This document shows, piece after piece, positions 54,183 to 63,530 of a stretch of 64,000 bases of DNA; position 1 is the first letter of the stretch, and each line of letters opens with the position of its first letter. The DNA comes from a virus. The stretch covers positions 215 to 64,214 of the IMG/VR virus record IMGVR_UViG_3300047160_015936. One strand, 5' to 3'. The notes below the pieces were generated by a model that was not told where the DNA came from, ran no database searches, and saw only the letters and a program-made list of their open reading frames with translations. The translations under genes and the position numbers were made by a program.

Positions 54183-54656
54183 ATGTCCTACACAAAGTCA
54201 AGCCTGCTTCGTCTCGTCGTCATCGTCACAATTGTCTTCACGTTTTTCTTTTTGACAAAAAGTTGCCACACCGCCTCAGCGGCGACTCCGGAGCATCTCT
54301 CTCCTCCTTCGCGTCTCCTGATCCGTCACCGCTTCTGGCAAGTCGTCGTCCTGCCTGTGTTGCCGTCCGACGAAACCGGAGACGAGCTGGTCGGGTTGAC
54401 GCTGTTTGACGAACACGTCATCGTGATTTCGCGTCACGAATCCGACGCCGATATGTGTGAGACCTTGCATCACGAGATCATGCACGCCGTCAGCAACACC
54501 GACTCGACGGTTATTCAGACGAATCATCAATTCATTTACGACGAGTCACCAGAACTCGTCAAGGTGTACTTTCGTGACAATCCCGCACTTTTGCGATATA
54601 CTGTCTCTGCTTGTCGTGACTATGCTGACGATCACGACACGCCGGTGAGGCCGTAA
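54183..54656 (+). CDS. Membrane-anchored zincin-like metallopeptidase
   Basis: N-terminal TM helix; GLT...I.I...ETLHHEIMHA. Confidence 0.75.
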   Translation: MSYTKSSLLRLVVIVTIVFTFFFLTKSCHTASAATPEHLSPPSRLLIRHRFWQVVVLPVLPSDETGDELVGLTLFDEHVIVISRHESDADMCETLHHEIMHAVSNTDSTVIQTNHQFIYDESPELVKVYFRDNPALLRYTVSACRDYADDHDTPVRP

Positions 54657-54678
54657 CGACACCGGTAAGGAGAATCGA

Positions 54679-55026
54679 ATGTCAAAAGACCAAATAGGAA
54701 AAACAAGCCCATACGCACAGGCGGTGTCGCAACCCGGACAGCTTTGGCAAAACGATAACAATTGGCAAGGCGATTTACGTTCGAAATACGACTATCAGAC
54801 TTGGCCAGAAGCAATTCGCAATAAAGAAGCCGAAATAGAAGCCGTAAAGAACCACGACCGTCAGACTAACAAAATTCTCACAGCGTTAACCGCTTTACAG
54901 AACGACGGTAGCGTCACCAAATTGCTTGACCGTTTCCTCGATCAGTTCTGTCCCGCTGTCGCTCGTGACTCTGCCCGCGCGGAGTTAATCGCGATTCTTG
55001 TCGCGCAGAGACTCACCGGAGGGTAA
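54679..55026 (+). CDS. Hypothetical protein
   Basis: SD AAGGAG. Confidence 0.65.
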   Translation: MSKDQIGKTSPYAQAVSQPGQLWQNDNNWQGDLRSKYDYQTWPEAIRNKEAEIEAVKNHDRQTNKILTALTALQNDGSVTKLLDRFLDQFCPAVARDSARAELIAILVAQRLTGG

Positions 55027-55028
55027 CG

Positions 55029-55277
55029 ATGCCGCCGCACCCACAAGACAATCAAGGGACGCGTGTCATCGACAATCCCGTCGCCGTTTACGAAGAATTC
55101 CGTCATCTGCGTACGGTCTTCACTGCGACGGAGTTCGACAAGCGTATCGATGACTTTCTCGCCCGACACTGTCCCGAACCAAATTGTAACCACGACATTC
55201 ATATTTGTCTCCGCTGTCTCGCGATGCGTGACGAAATCATCGCATTGTTCGTTCTCGAAAGACTTTTGGTGAGATAA
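55029..55277 (+). CDS. Hypothetical Zn-binding protein
   Basis: C....C.H...CLRC. Confidence 0.6.
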   Translation: MPPHPQDNQGTRVIDNPVAVYEEFRHLRTVFTATEFDKRIDDFLARHCPEPNCNHDIHICLRCLAMRDEIIALFVLERLLVR

Positions 55278-55465
55278 TGGCGTTGATTCCTCCACATGAA
55301 CGTTTCGTCATCGTCTCCACAAACTCCGAAGGTTCCCTCCTCAACGACGTCCACGCATTTCTCTCCCGCCACTGCCGTGACTTCTCCCAGAATCGTCTCG
55401 ACGCGATGACGGAAGAGCTGCTCGCGCTTATCGTCGCCAGAGTCTTGCGTAACGACATCGAGTAA
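55277..55465 (+). CDS. Hypothetical protein
   Basis: TAATG coupling; resembles the preceding two ORFs (FL.R.C...LI.ARVL). Confidence 0.55.
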   Translation: MALIPPHERFVIVSTNSEGSLLNDVHAFLSRHCRDFSQNRLDAMTEELLALIVARVLRNDIE

Positions 55466-55748
55466 CTCCCGCCGTTTCAGTAACTTAGTCATACTCTCCC
55501 GTAAGTCCTTTAGAATCAACATCTTCTGAATTTCAATTCTTGCTCCAGAGACGTTCGACTCTCAAAACCCCCTAGGGGTCTTACTGGGCCTACCGGGACA
55601 CCGAGTCCGCGTCTACGGCTAGTCCGACGACACGAGAACGTCTGACAAGATACGGTCACGCGAAAGCGTCTCTGGCGTCTCCGGCGTCGCCGTCGTCTCA
55701 CATTGTGGTAAAAATGTCATGCGATTCTGCCGGTCACGCTGCCGCCAG

Positions 55749-56017
55749 TCTCACCCGAAGCATAGATATCTCGTCTCCGCTTGATCCAGTTTTCCCGCAT
55801 ACAGGCCTTAGGTTTTTCCTTATAAGACTAAGATTCTAATACACTTACGTGTAAGTACATTTAAAATCAGTCACTTACCTTTTCTTCTCCTAACCACTTA
55901 GTAACCTCCCTTGCTAAGTCCTTTAAAATCAAAAGCTAATTATGTCGTGTGATAGTAACTAAAACGTTACCCCCTAAGGCCACTACGCGGGAAACTTGGA
56001 TCAAGTTTCGGGTGAGA
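55749..56017. repeat. Imperfect inverted repeat flanking an AT-rich spacer with IHF-like sites (candidate origin or packaging site)
   Basis: 55780-55812 vs 55973-56005 match 28/33; extra arm tctcacccgaa/ttcgggtgaga. Confidence 0.7.
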
Positions 56018-56555
56018 GATTTTGCAACTAATTAATTAGTTTTAGAAGTGTCTCAAAATGAGACAAAAAAGTGACAGGAAACTTAACAAAGACATTATCA
56101 AGAAACCTGAGTGTAAGTGACTAAGATTTAGACCAGCGTGAGAGAAAAGCGTAGCCGCAAAAGTCTTCAGAGACACAAGAGAGAAGAGTGTCGGCGAGCT
56201 GCTTGTGTGTGAGTTTGTTTTCTCGGGCAAGGCGGACAAGAGCGAGGTCGAAGTACTTTGAGTAACCGGGAACGCAACACACGAGAAAGCCTTTGCGGTT
56301 TGGCTCAGCGGTTTCGACGGCAACGCGGATTTTTGCAGGGACAGAGTCCCAGACGAACGGGTTAGTCACAGTCATAGTCATTTAGATGACGAAAGACGAG
56401 AGAAATGTGTGTGTGTAATTTCTACTCGAATCGCTATGTAGAAATTACCGAAGAACGTAAAAATTACTCTGTGGAAAAGCAAGAAGAGTCAACGTTATGT
56501 GAGAGATACGTTTGGACGTGAACGTGCAAGAGAGACATTGGGAGGAAAGAACAAG

Positions 56556-56789
56556 ATGACAAACTTCAAAAGATTCTGTCAGATAGGCACTTGTGGACAC
56601 GCAACGTCGAAAGCCTACGCAAGAGCGCATAACGATATGTGCAAGGCTTGTAATGAAGGAACGGCTTATCGTGGTCCGAAGTGTCCGGACTGTGATGGTC
56701 CGATAGACGCTTGGAAGCTTGCGAAAGGGTATCATTGCGACGGTTGCACGAGACGCGTTGAGATGACAGGGGGTGGCTATGGCTATTGA
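56556..56789 (+). CDS. Zn-finger protein
   Basis: SD GGAGG; four Cys pairs. Confidence 0.7.
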   Translation: MTNFKRFCQIGTCGHATSKAYARAHNDMCKACNEGTAYRGPKCPDCDGPIDAWKLAKGYHCDGCTRRVEMTGGGYGY

Positions 56790-56799
56790 GAGACACATC

Positions 56800-56982
56800 A
56801 TGACACAAGAGGAACTGGAAGCGTTGCCCGAACTCGCGTTCGAGAGTTCGCCGAAGTACGCAGCTAGTTTCGACGTGGCCGCCCTGGCGTCATTGTTACA
56901 TGGTTCGGAAGATGAGACCATCACGGCAATGGCGAAAGCAGCTCACGCGCTGGACGTTACCCGAGGACGTTGTGACGCTTAA
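56800..56982 (+). CDS. Hypothetical protein
   Basis: Co-oriented small ORF. Confidence 0.5.
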   Translation: MTQEELEALPELAFESSPKYAASFDVAALASLLHGSEDETITAMAKAAHALDVTRGRCDA

Positions 56983-57060
56983 CGTCGCCAACGTCGCCTT
57001 TCAACGTTTCCTAACCGAATGGCGTGAGAAGATACGCCAATCACAGAAAAGGAAGAGACA

Positions 57061-57441
57061 ATGACAAGAATAGAGGAGCGCATAGAGATGACCAACCAAA
57101 AATCAATCGTAACTGTACCATCCATTCTCGAACAAAAGATAATGGGAACTCCCATTACAACAGAGACGCGCATCTCAAGGGCAGAATTGCGCACGTTGTT
57201 CTACGTTGGACGCAAGCTGGAGTTGATTGCGTGTCTCATGGGACCAACACTGCAAGCACGCACCGTCAAGGCCCCTCGGTCGTATGGATACGATATGGAA
57301 AAGCCCGATGGCAATGTGAGCAATCTCAGATTTGAGTCTGGACAATGGATTACAGCGGTCTCGCCTGCTGGTAATGGATACACCGAGGTCAAGGTGTTCA
57401 CGGCGGAGGGGGAATTGGCCGCACATTATCGACTCCTCTAG
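57061..57441 (+). CDS. Hypothetical protein
   Basis: 126 aa. Confidence 0.65.
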   Translation: MTRIEERIEMTNQKSIVTVPSILEQKIMGTPITTETRISRAELRTLFYVGRKLELIACLMGPTLQARTVKAPRSYGYDMEKPDGNVSNLRFESGQWITAVSPAGNGYTEVKVFTAEGELAAHYRLL

Positions 57442-57503
57442 ACGCTGAGCCCACACTCCTCTGAGGTGCGGTTAAGACATTAAGTAGACAAATTGCTCTA
57501 TGA

Positions 57504-57568
57504 GACTGCCTGATGAGGGCTAATTGCTCGAAACGCGAGAGAGAGAGAAAGACTCTCGCGTCGCAGTC
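57504..57568 (+). ncRNA. Type I hammerhead ribozyme
   Basis: Stem I gactgc/gcagtc, CUGAUGA, stem II gggc/gctc, GAAA, stem III cgcgag/ctcgcg, GUC cleavage triplet (cut after 57562). Confidence 0.9.
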
Positions 57569-57592
57569 AAACGACTGAAAGGAGAGAGACAA

Positions 57593-58576
57593 ATGAGTAC
57601 AGCATTGAAGCCTAGCGCGTTAAGACAAGCGTTAGAGGTGTGTGTGAAAGCGAAACGTCCTGCGTGTGTCTGGGGCAGTCCTGGCATAGGCAAAAGTGAC
57701 ACCATGAAACAGATGGCCGAAGAACTGTCACGGCAGTTGATTGACCTTCGAGCCGTCCTGCTTGATCCTGTAGACCTACGTGGTCTGCCAACGGTGAAGG
57801 ACGGTTTGTCGAAATGGGCGATTCCGTCATTTTTGCCACGTGAGGGTACGGGGATTCTGTTTCTAGATGAACTAAACCGCGCGCCCGCGTTGGTACAGAA
57901 TGCCTGCTTTCAGCTAGTCCTCGACAGAAAGCTTGGCGAGTACGTGCTGCCGGAAGACTGGACAATTGTCGCTGCGTGTAACCCGACAGGGACAGGGACA
58001 ACGAAGATGAGCGATGCGCTGGCGTCACGGTTCGTTCACTTCGATATGGAACCCGACCTTACCGATTGGTGCAATTGGGCAGTCAGTCGCAACATCGAAC
58101 CAATCGTGATTGCGTTCTTGCGGTTCCGTCCCGAGTTGCTGCATCAATATGACGTGAAATTGCGTTCGTTCCCATGTCCTCGCACATGGGAGTTTGTCTC
58201 GCAGATTACCGCGAGCTCGCCAGCACGTGAGATTGAACACGCGTTGTATGTGGGTGCGGTTGGTGAGGGTGCTGCGGTTGAGTATTCGGCGTTCATGAAA
58301 CTGTTTCGCGAGTTGCCGTCGATTGATGCGATTCTGCTTGACCCTGTCAAGTCTCCGGTACCGTCTCAACCGTCAACGTTGTTCGCCATAGCTTCTGCTT
58401 TGGCGAGACGGGTAAACGATGGTAACTTCGGACGCGCAGTCACGTATCTCAACCGTCTTCCGGCGGAATACATGGTCATGAGTATCAAAGACGCCGTGAC
58501 ACGAGACAAGACGTTGTGTTCCACTCCGGAGTTCACGAAATGGGCAACGGCAAATCAGGAGTTTTTCGCCAAGTAA
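57593..58576 (+). CDS. MoxR-like AAA+ ATPase
   Basis: GSPGIGKS, DLRGLP, LFLDELNRA, AACN, ALASRF, PRTWE. Confidence 0.9.
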   Translation: MSTALKPSALRQALEVCVKAKRPACVWGSPGIGKSDTMKQMAEELSRQLIDLRAVLLDPVDLRGLPTVKDGLSKWAIPSFLPREGTGILFLDELNRAPALVQNACFQLVLDRKLGEYVLPEDWTIVAACNPTGTGTTKMSDALASRFVHFDMEPDLTDWCNWAVSRNIEPIVIAFLRFRPELLHQYDVKLRSFPCPRTWEFVSQITASSPAREIEHALYVGAVGEGAAVEYSAFMKLFRELPSIDAILLDPVKSPVPSQPSTLFAIASALARRVNDGNFGRAVTYLNRLPAEYMVMSIKDAVTRDKTLCSTPEFTKWATANQEFFAK

Positions 58577-58669
58577 GGGAACGGCAATTGCGTTAGCTTC
58601 GAGACTACGCTCACGTGACAGGTGAGCGTCACTGGAAGCTAAACCAAAACGGGAAAAGGAGACAAGAGT

Positions 58670-59530
58670 ATGAACCTAAGTAGCAAAGCAATGCTTGCGA
58701 GTCTGACGATACGGCAATGGACAGCTCGCAAGTACGACAAGAAAGTAAGCAGAGACGTTGCCAACGCGCATGGCAGCGACATTCACATGGGACGGTATAA
58801 CAAAAGCCTACTCGCGAAAACGGCGTTGGAAGAGATACAACGGGTAGCGTCACAGGCACGGGCAGATTTCTACGCTCACACACTACCGTGGCAAGATGAC
58901 GGCGCGAGGGTGTTAACGTCATCGGGTTATTTCGATCTGGCACAGAAGATGCGCGGACATGAGGGTAACTGGCAACCGGCGACGGAGAGACTATTTGATA
59001 ACTACGACACGTATACGAACGATGCTCGTGTGTCGTTGAATGGTCTCTGGAAGGCGGAAGACTATCCGACGCTGGGAGAGCTGCGCGGAAAGTTTGGCCT
59101 TGACTTTCGTGTGAGACCGTTACCGGAAGCGGAAGATTTTCGCGTGAATCTGTCATCGGAGGACGTGAGACTCATTCAGAATCAGATTACGCGGAGCAAC
59201 GATGCTGCGGTGAAGACTGCGATGACGGACGTATTTGAGCGAATCCGTGACGTTGTTTCGGCCATGGCGGGCAAGCTGAAGACGTACAAGGTTACGGAGG
59301 ACGGGGTAGAAGGCATCTTTCGCGATACGCTCGTGACGAACGTCAAGGATTTGCTTGACGTGTTACCGTCACTGAATCTGACCGATGACGCGAGAGTGAC
59401 AACGTTCGCGCAAGAGATGCGCAAGCTGGTACAGTACGATGCCGAGACGTTACGAGAGTCCGAGCACACGCGGATTCAGGTAGCGGCAAGCGCAGACTCG
59501 ATTCTGGCGACTATGTCGGGGATAATTTAG
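58670..59530 (+). CDS. Conserved phage protein (DUF3150-like)
   Basis: L.I..WTARK.DK, GRYNK.LL, TLPW.D.GAR.L, DYP. Confidence 0.65.
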   Translation: MNLSSKAMLASLTIRQWTARKYDKKVSRDVANAHGSDIHMGRYNKSLLAKTALEEIQRVASQARADFYAHTLPWQDDGARVLTSSGYFDLAQKMRGHEGNWQPATERLFDNYDTYTNDARVSLNGLWKAEDYPTLGELRGKFGLDFRVRPLPEAEDFRVNLSSEDVRLIQNQITRSNDAAVKTAMTDVFERIRDVVSAMAGKLKTYKVTEDGVEGIFRDTLVTNVKDLLDVLPSLNLTDDARVTTFAQEMRKLVQYDAETLRESEHTRIQVAASADSILATMSGII

Positions 59531-59724
59531 CTCTTGCGATGAGACACTAGACAGGGTATTCTTTCTAGTGTCTTTCGGAGGAACTAAGTTATGCAACTAA
59601 GCATCGAAGCACAACGTTTTGAACATGCGAAAGAGATAGCGATTTTGCTGCGTGCACATATGCTTCGTTTGAACGCATATCTCTTGTGGGAAGCTATGGA
59701 ACGGGCGTTGAAAGAGGGTCAACG

Positions 59725-60912
59725 ATGACAATCGAAAAGAGAATTAGCAAAGCACGCGCAGACCTACTCTTAGACTTTCCTTGGTTCGGCGCACTCGCGA
59801 TGCATCTTGCGATTGTGCCGGAGGAGAGCATAGACACGTTCGACGTTGACGGAACCACGATGCGGTATAACCCGAAGTTCGCGGAGACACTGACGAACAA
59901 GGAACTCCAAGGCGTCATCGCGCACGAAGTCATGCACTGTGCGTTTCTGCATATGTTCCGGCGGGAACACCGTGACCATATGCTTTGGAACGTCGCTTGT
60001 GACTACGCGATTAACGGCGAGATTCTGAAGACGCTGGACAGAAACGGAATTCCAATGACGTTGCCCAAGGGTTGCTTGCATGATAAGAAATATGACGGTT
60101 TGGCTTCGGAAACTATTTACGCTCAGTTACAGAAAGAAGGTAAGGGAAAGGGGAAGCAGTCTCCACAACCGACAGGGACAGTGTTAGACGCACCGAAGGG
60201 ACAATCGGACGGAGACTCACAGAGTCAACAGGGACAAGCGGGACAGTCTCAGCAGAAGACTCCGGTAACGTCACAGCCGCAAACGATGACAGAAGATGAC
60301 TGGAAGATCGCCGCTGAACAAGCGAACAAGGTTGCGCAGAAAGCGGGGAATATGCCGGGACACGTCGCCAGGGCGCTTGGGAAGCTACGGGAAGCGAAAG
60401 TGAATTGGAGACAGGAATTGAGAGAATTTCTCGCGGCAACGGTGCCGTCTGACTACTCTTGGCAAAACCCGAATCGCCGGTTCATTCATCTGGGAGTATA
60501 TCTTCCTGGTGTTGTGAAAGAGAATTTCGGCCACTTGGCGATAGCGATAGATACGTCTGGGAGTATCACGCAAGAGATGCTGGATACGTTTGCGAGTGAA
60601 GTCAACACAATTGCGTCTGAGTTGAAGCCGGAAAGAGTTACGGTCATCTACTGTGACGCGAGAGTCAATCATGTAGACACGTTCGAAAGTGAAGACGTGA
60701 CGTTCAAGATGCACGGCGGGGGAGGAACGCAATTCTCACCCGTCTTTGATCTAGTGAACGATTGGGAGGAACGTCCAGTTGCTCTCCTCTACTTCACTGA
60801 CCTTGCGTGTTACGACAAGCCGACAGAACCAGGTTATCCTTGTCTCTGGGTGACGCAAGAGTGTGTGACGCTGGACGGGCCGTTTGGGCGCACGATTAGG
60901 ATTACGGAGTAG
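59725..60912 (+). CDS. DUF2201 metallopeptidase plus VWA-like domain protein
   Basis: HEVMH, WNVACDYAIN, DTSGS (MIDAS), GGGGT.F, YFTD. Confidence 0.9.
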   Translation: MTIEKRISKARADLLLDFPWFGALAMHLAIVPEESIDTFDVDGTTMRYNPKFAETLTNKELQGVIAHEVMHCAFLHMFRREHRDHMLWNVACDYAINGEILKTLDRNGIPMTLPKGCLHDKKYDGLASETIYAQLQKEGKGKGKQSPQPTGTVLDAPKGQSDGDSQSQQGQAGQSQQKTPVTSQPQTMTEDDWKIAAEQANKVAQKAGNMPGHVARALGKLREAKVNWRQELREFLAATVPSDYSWQNPNRRFIHLGVYLPGVVKENFGHLAIAIDTSGSITQEMLDTFASEVNTIASELKPERVTVIYCDARVNHVDTFESEDVTFKMHGGGGTQFSPVFDLVNDWEERPVALLYFTDLACYDKPTEPGYPCLWVTQECVTLDGPFGRTIRITE

Positions 60913-60919
60913 ACGAAAC

Positions 60920-61141
60920 GTGAACGACATTCAGTTATATGAATACGAATTGCGGCATGAGGAGACGGGCGAGATTCGGTCAAGTCACCTTTACTGTGCG
61001 ATGCTTACCGAAAAAGAAGCATTCGATCTGAATCGGGAACGTCGTAACGATGGTACGCCATGGCTTTGGGTTCGGCGCGAAGACTTTCGTGAGATGGTGA
61101 GAAAGGCGATGAGAGAGGAGCGAAGGAATGATGACGTGTAG
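60920..61141 (+). CDS. Hypothetical protein
   Basis: GGAG + GTG. Confidence 0.55.
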   Translation: MNDIQLYEYELRHEETGEIRSSHLYCAMLTEKEAFDLNRERRNDGTPWLWVRREDFREMVRKAMREERRNDDV

Positions 61142-61355
61142 CCACCCCTGCCCCGCAAGGAGTCACATACCACTTCGTCACAAGTTCCCGAACTATCCGC
61201 ATTTTTGGCATTGCGAGAAGTGTCGAGAGAAACGGTGGTTTCATCTGTGCCGGTTTTGTTGTGAATTGTATTGCTACCAATGTAAAACCATAACGGCGCA
61301 AGAATCTCAGATATTGCTGGTATACCAAACGATGAGAGGATTAGGAGTCATATGA
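61128..61355 (+). CDS. Zn-finger paralogue ending RGLGVI
   Basis: CSH..CEKC..CRFCx4CYQC. Confidence 0.7.
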   Translation: MMTCSHPCPARSHIPLRHKFPNYPHFWHCEKCREKRWFHLCRFCCELYCYQCKTITAQESQILLVYQTMRGLGVI

Positions 61356-61481
61356 TCGGAACCATGATGTTTCTTTTAGGAAATTTCTTCGGCGCGTTCG
61401 TTGTTCTCGCGTTGTGGGAGAGATGGGCAAAACGTCTCATGCGCGGTCAGCGCGAGACGCTTAGGCTAGTCCGGAGTCTTT

Positions 61482-61667
61482 ATGAGTGACACACACTGGC
61501 GAACGTTGGAAGTGAAAATACGGGTGAGAGTGGAAGTAGACTCGCTCGAAGATATCAACGGCATTCGTGAGTCTCTCGCGGAGGACGTGACGAACGCCGT
61601 CGGAGACTCACTGGCGAATTCCTGCTTGGACTATCAAGTAGGTGAGTGTTTGGTGAGGGTGCCGTGA
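61482..61667 (+). CDS. Hypothetical protein
   Basis: SD GGAG. Confidence 0.55.
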   Translation: MSDTHWRTLEVKIRVRVEVDSLEDINGIRESLAEDVTNAVGDSLANSCLDYQVGECLVRVP

Positions 61668-61870
61668 CAAAACAAGAAAAATCTCTTGCAAAGACGTTGC
61701 GAGAGCTGCATGATGAGACCAGCAAACCGCGTGCGATTTGGCAAGGCCGAACGTATGCACAAACGGTTATTTTCGACGACGTGTTGGAATACGTCGCGGA
61801 GTGGTTAGTGAAAGAGAATCCGAAGTTTGATAAACAGAAATGGTTTGATTACGTGAGGAGAATACGATGA
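61664..61870 (+). CDS. Hypothetical protein
   Basis: ENPKFD..KW. Confidence 0.6.
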   Translation: MTKQEKSLAKTLRELHDETSKPRAIWQGRTYAQTVIFDDVLEYVAEWLVKENPKFDKQKWFDYVRRIR

Positions 61871-62745
61871 CGAAACATTTGTGTAAGAATTTTGATTGTC
61901 CAGATTACGCTGATGACGCTCAGATTTTTTGTCTCGCGTGTCGTCATGTGCATTACGTCACTGTCTCGCGGTTGCTAGGCCCAGCCGCAGCGGAGTTTTC
62001 CGACCCTCCGTTTTTGCCCAAACCTCCGAAGATATACAAAGGCGTGGCGTGGGTTGCGTTGCCGAGACCAGGGCAGAGACCGTTTGTCATATCGCTGGCG
62101 AGTTATCGTGTGGCGCGAAAGGGCAAGAATCTCGTTGCGACGTGGCAAAAGACTGACAGCAGCGACGAGACGAATCTCGTTTTGATGTTCGTGAGTAACG
62201 GCAAACCGTGTATGCTTGTGTTGTCAGACATGCCCAGAACACGTGAGTTTCCGAAACGCGACAAGGTAAAACCTCTTGCGTCGCGTCTTCCGATTCCGAA
62301 AGACAAGACAAGACTCGAAGCCGCGATTAAGAAGCTAGAAGGGCGGTTAACGGGAAGGTGTATTGACTCACAAATGTTGCCTCAACCGCAAAGACCGCGT
62401 TTGGCGAAAGCCACGAGCGCGTCTTCGAAACGCGAGACGGTTCTCGCGTGGTATCAGGAGAAAGAACAGAGACGGAAGATTCGTAGTGTGATGAAAAAGT
62501 GGGATACTTACTATGGCAACTACGTCTTACGCGGACTCGGGTTGACTTCAGCGCCGGATTTGGGTTACACGAAACCGAAGACACAAGAAGAGACAGTCAC
62601 GATGTTAGTCTCGTTCGAGCAGGAGAAGATCGATTACGTTCTTGCGTTACGCGCGAGACGCAAGGGGGAGAGAGACCTTAGGAAGTTACAAGAGCGGCTG
62701 GAACAGCTTACGGCGGTGACGAATGGACAGACGCGAGAAGAGTGA
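61867..62745 (+). CDS. Basic hypothetical protein with N-terminal Zn motif
   Basis: 292 aa, SD GAGGAG. Confidence 0.7.
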   Translation: MTKHLCKNFDCPDYADDAQIFCLACRHVHYVTVSRLLGPAAAEFSDPPFLPKPPKIYKGVAWVALPRPGQRPFVISLASYRVARKGKNLVATWQKTDSSDETNLVLMFVSNGKPCMLVLSDMPRTREFPKRDKVKPLASRLPIPKDKTRLEAAIKKLEGRLTGRCIDSQMLPQPQRPRLAKATSASSKRETVLAWYQEKEQRRKIRSVMKKWDTYYGNYVLRGLGLTSAPDLGYTKPKTQEETVTMLVSFEQEKIDYVLALRARRKGERDLRKLQERLEQLTAVTNGQTREE

Positions 62746-63025
62746 CGTTTGCTGGCACGCGGGGAAGCCGGAAGAGACGGATTCTTTTTACGATCACATG
62801 CGATGTCCGCGCATTGCGTGCTGTTTCGTTTATACGTCGCCGCATGTTGCGACAGGGAACGGTTTTCATCGTTATTTTTATTGTCCTGCTTGTGACCACA
62901 CATTGAGTCATTATATGTGTGACAGGTGTGGGGTAGTCTTTTGTCGCGACTGTCGTCTAACGAACGCGGCAGAGACGGCGAAAGAACGTCTAGGCGTCAA
63001 CAACGTTGTCGAGGAGCCGTTTTGA
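62723..63025 (+). CDS. Zn-finger paralogue with KERLGV
   Basis: CWH..CPAC..CDRCGVVFCRDC. Confidence 0.7.
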   Translation: MDRREKSDVCWHAGKPEETDSFYDHMRCPRIACCFVYTSPHVATGNGFHRYFYCPACDHTLSHYMCDRCGVVFCRDCRLTNAAETAKERLGVNNVVEEPF

Positions 63026-63303
63026 CAGAGACAGAGACAAAGACGTGTGTTCACGCGGCACAGCGACATTACGTCCTCGCGTTGCATTGTCCGAAGTGTT
63101 TCCCCTTACGTAACGATCTTGCCGCGAAGCATAGCACGTGCGTACACTGCGGCGTGGTCTTTTGTCTTCAGTGCCGGAGAGAGCATCGCCGAGCGACAGA
63201 AGCGATGAACGTTAAGAGAGTGACGGCGCGCATGGGTGTGAGAGTCTCGGTCAAGAAACCGTTTTATGACGTTGGAGACGCGGAGAAGGATGAGAATGTA
63301 TGA
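63022..63303 (+). CDS. Zn-finger paralogue with ARMGV
   Basis: TTG start after GAGGAG; CVH..CPKC..CVHCGVVFCLQC. Confidence 0.7.
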   Translation: MTETETKTCVHAAQRHYVLALHCPKCFPLRNDLAAKHSTCVHCGVVFCLQCRREHRRATEAMNVKRVTARMGVRVSVKKPFYDVGDAEKDENV

Positions 63304-63530
63304 CGGAAACGTATACGTGTAAACACATCCACACCGAAATTCCACAAGTATGTGACGTAAGCGATTGTCCGTACTGTCTCTTCGAGTCTTGTCACAATTT
63401 TTGTCTTGACTGCAGGAAGATGGTTTGTCTAAAATGTTTCCGAAGTGACGACGTGTTGACGGAGAGGCGGGCGAAGATTCTGGTGATGATGCGGCTGGGG
63501 GTGTTGACGGAGAACGAGGTACTCGATTGA
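63300..63530 (+). CDS. Zn-finger paralogue with MRLGV
   Basis: CKH..CPYC..CLDCRKMVCLKC. Confidence 0.7.
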   Translation: MTETYTCKHIHTEIPQVCDVSDCPYCLFESCHNFCLDCRKMVCLKCFRSDDVLTERRAKILVMMRLGVLTENEVLD

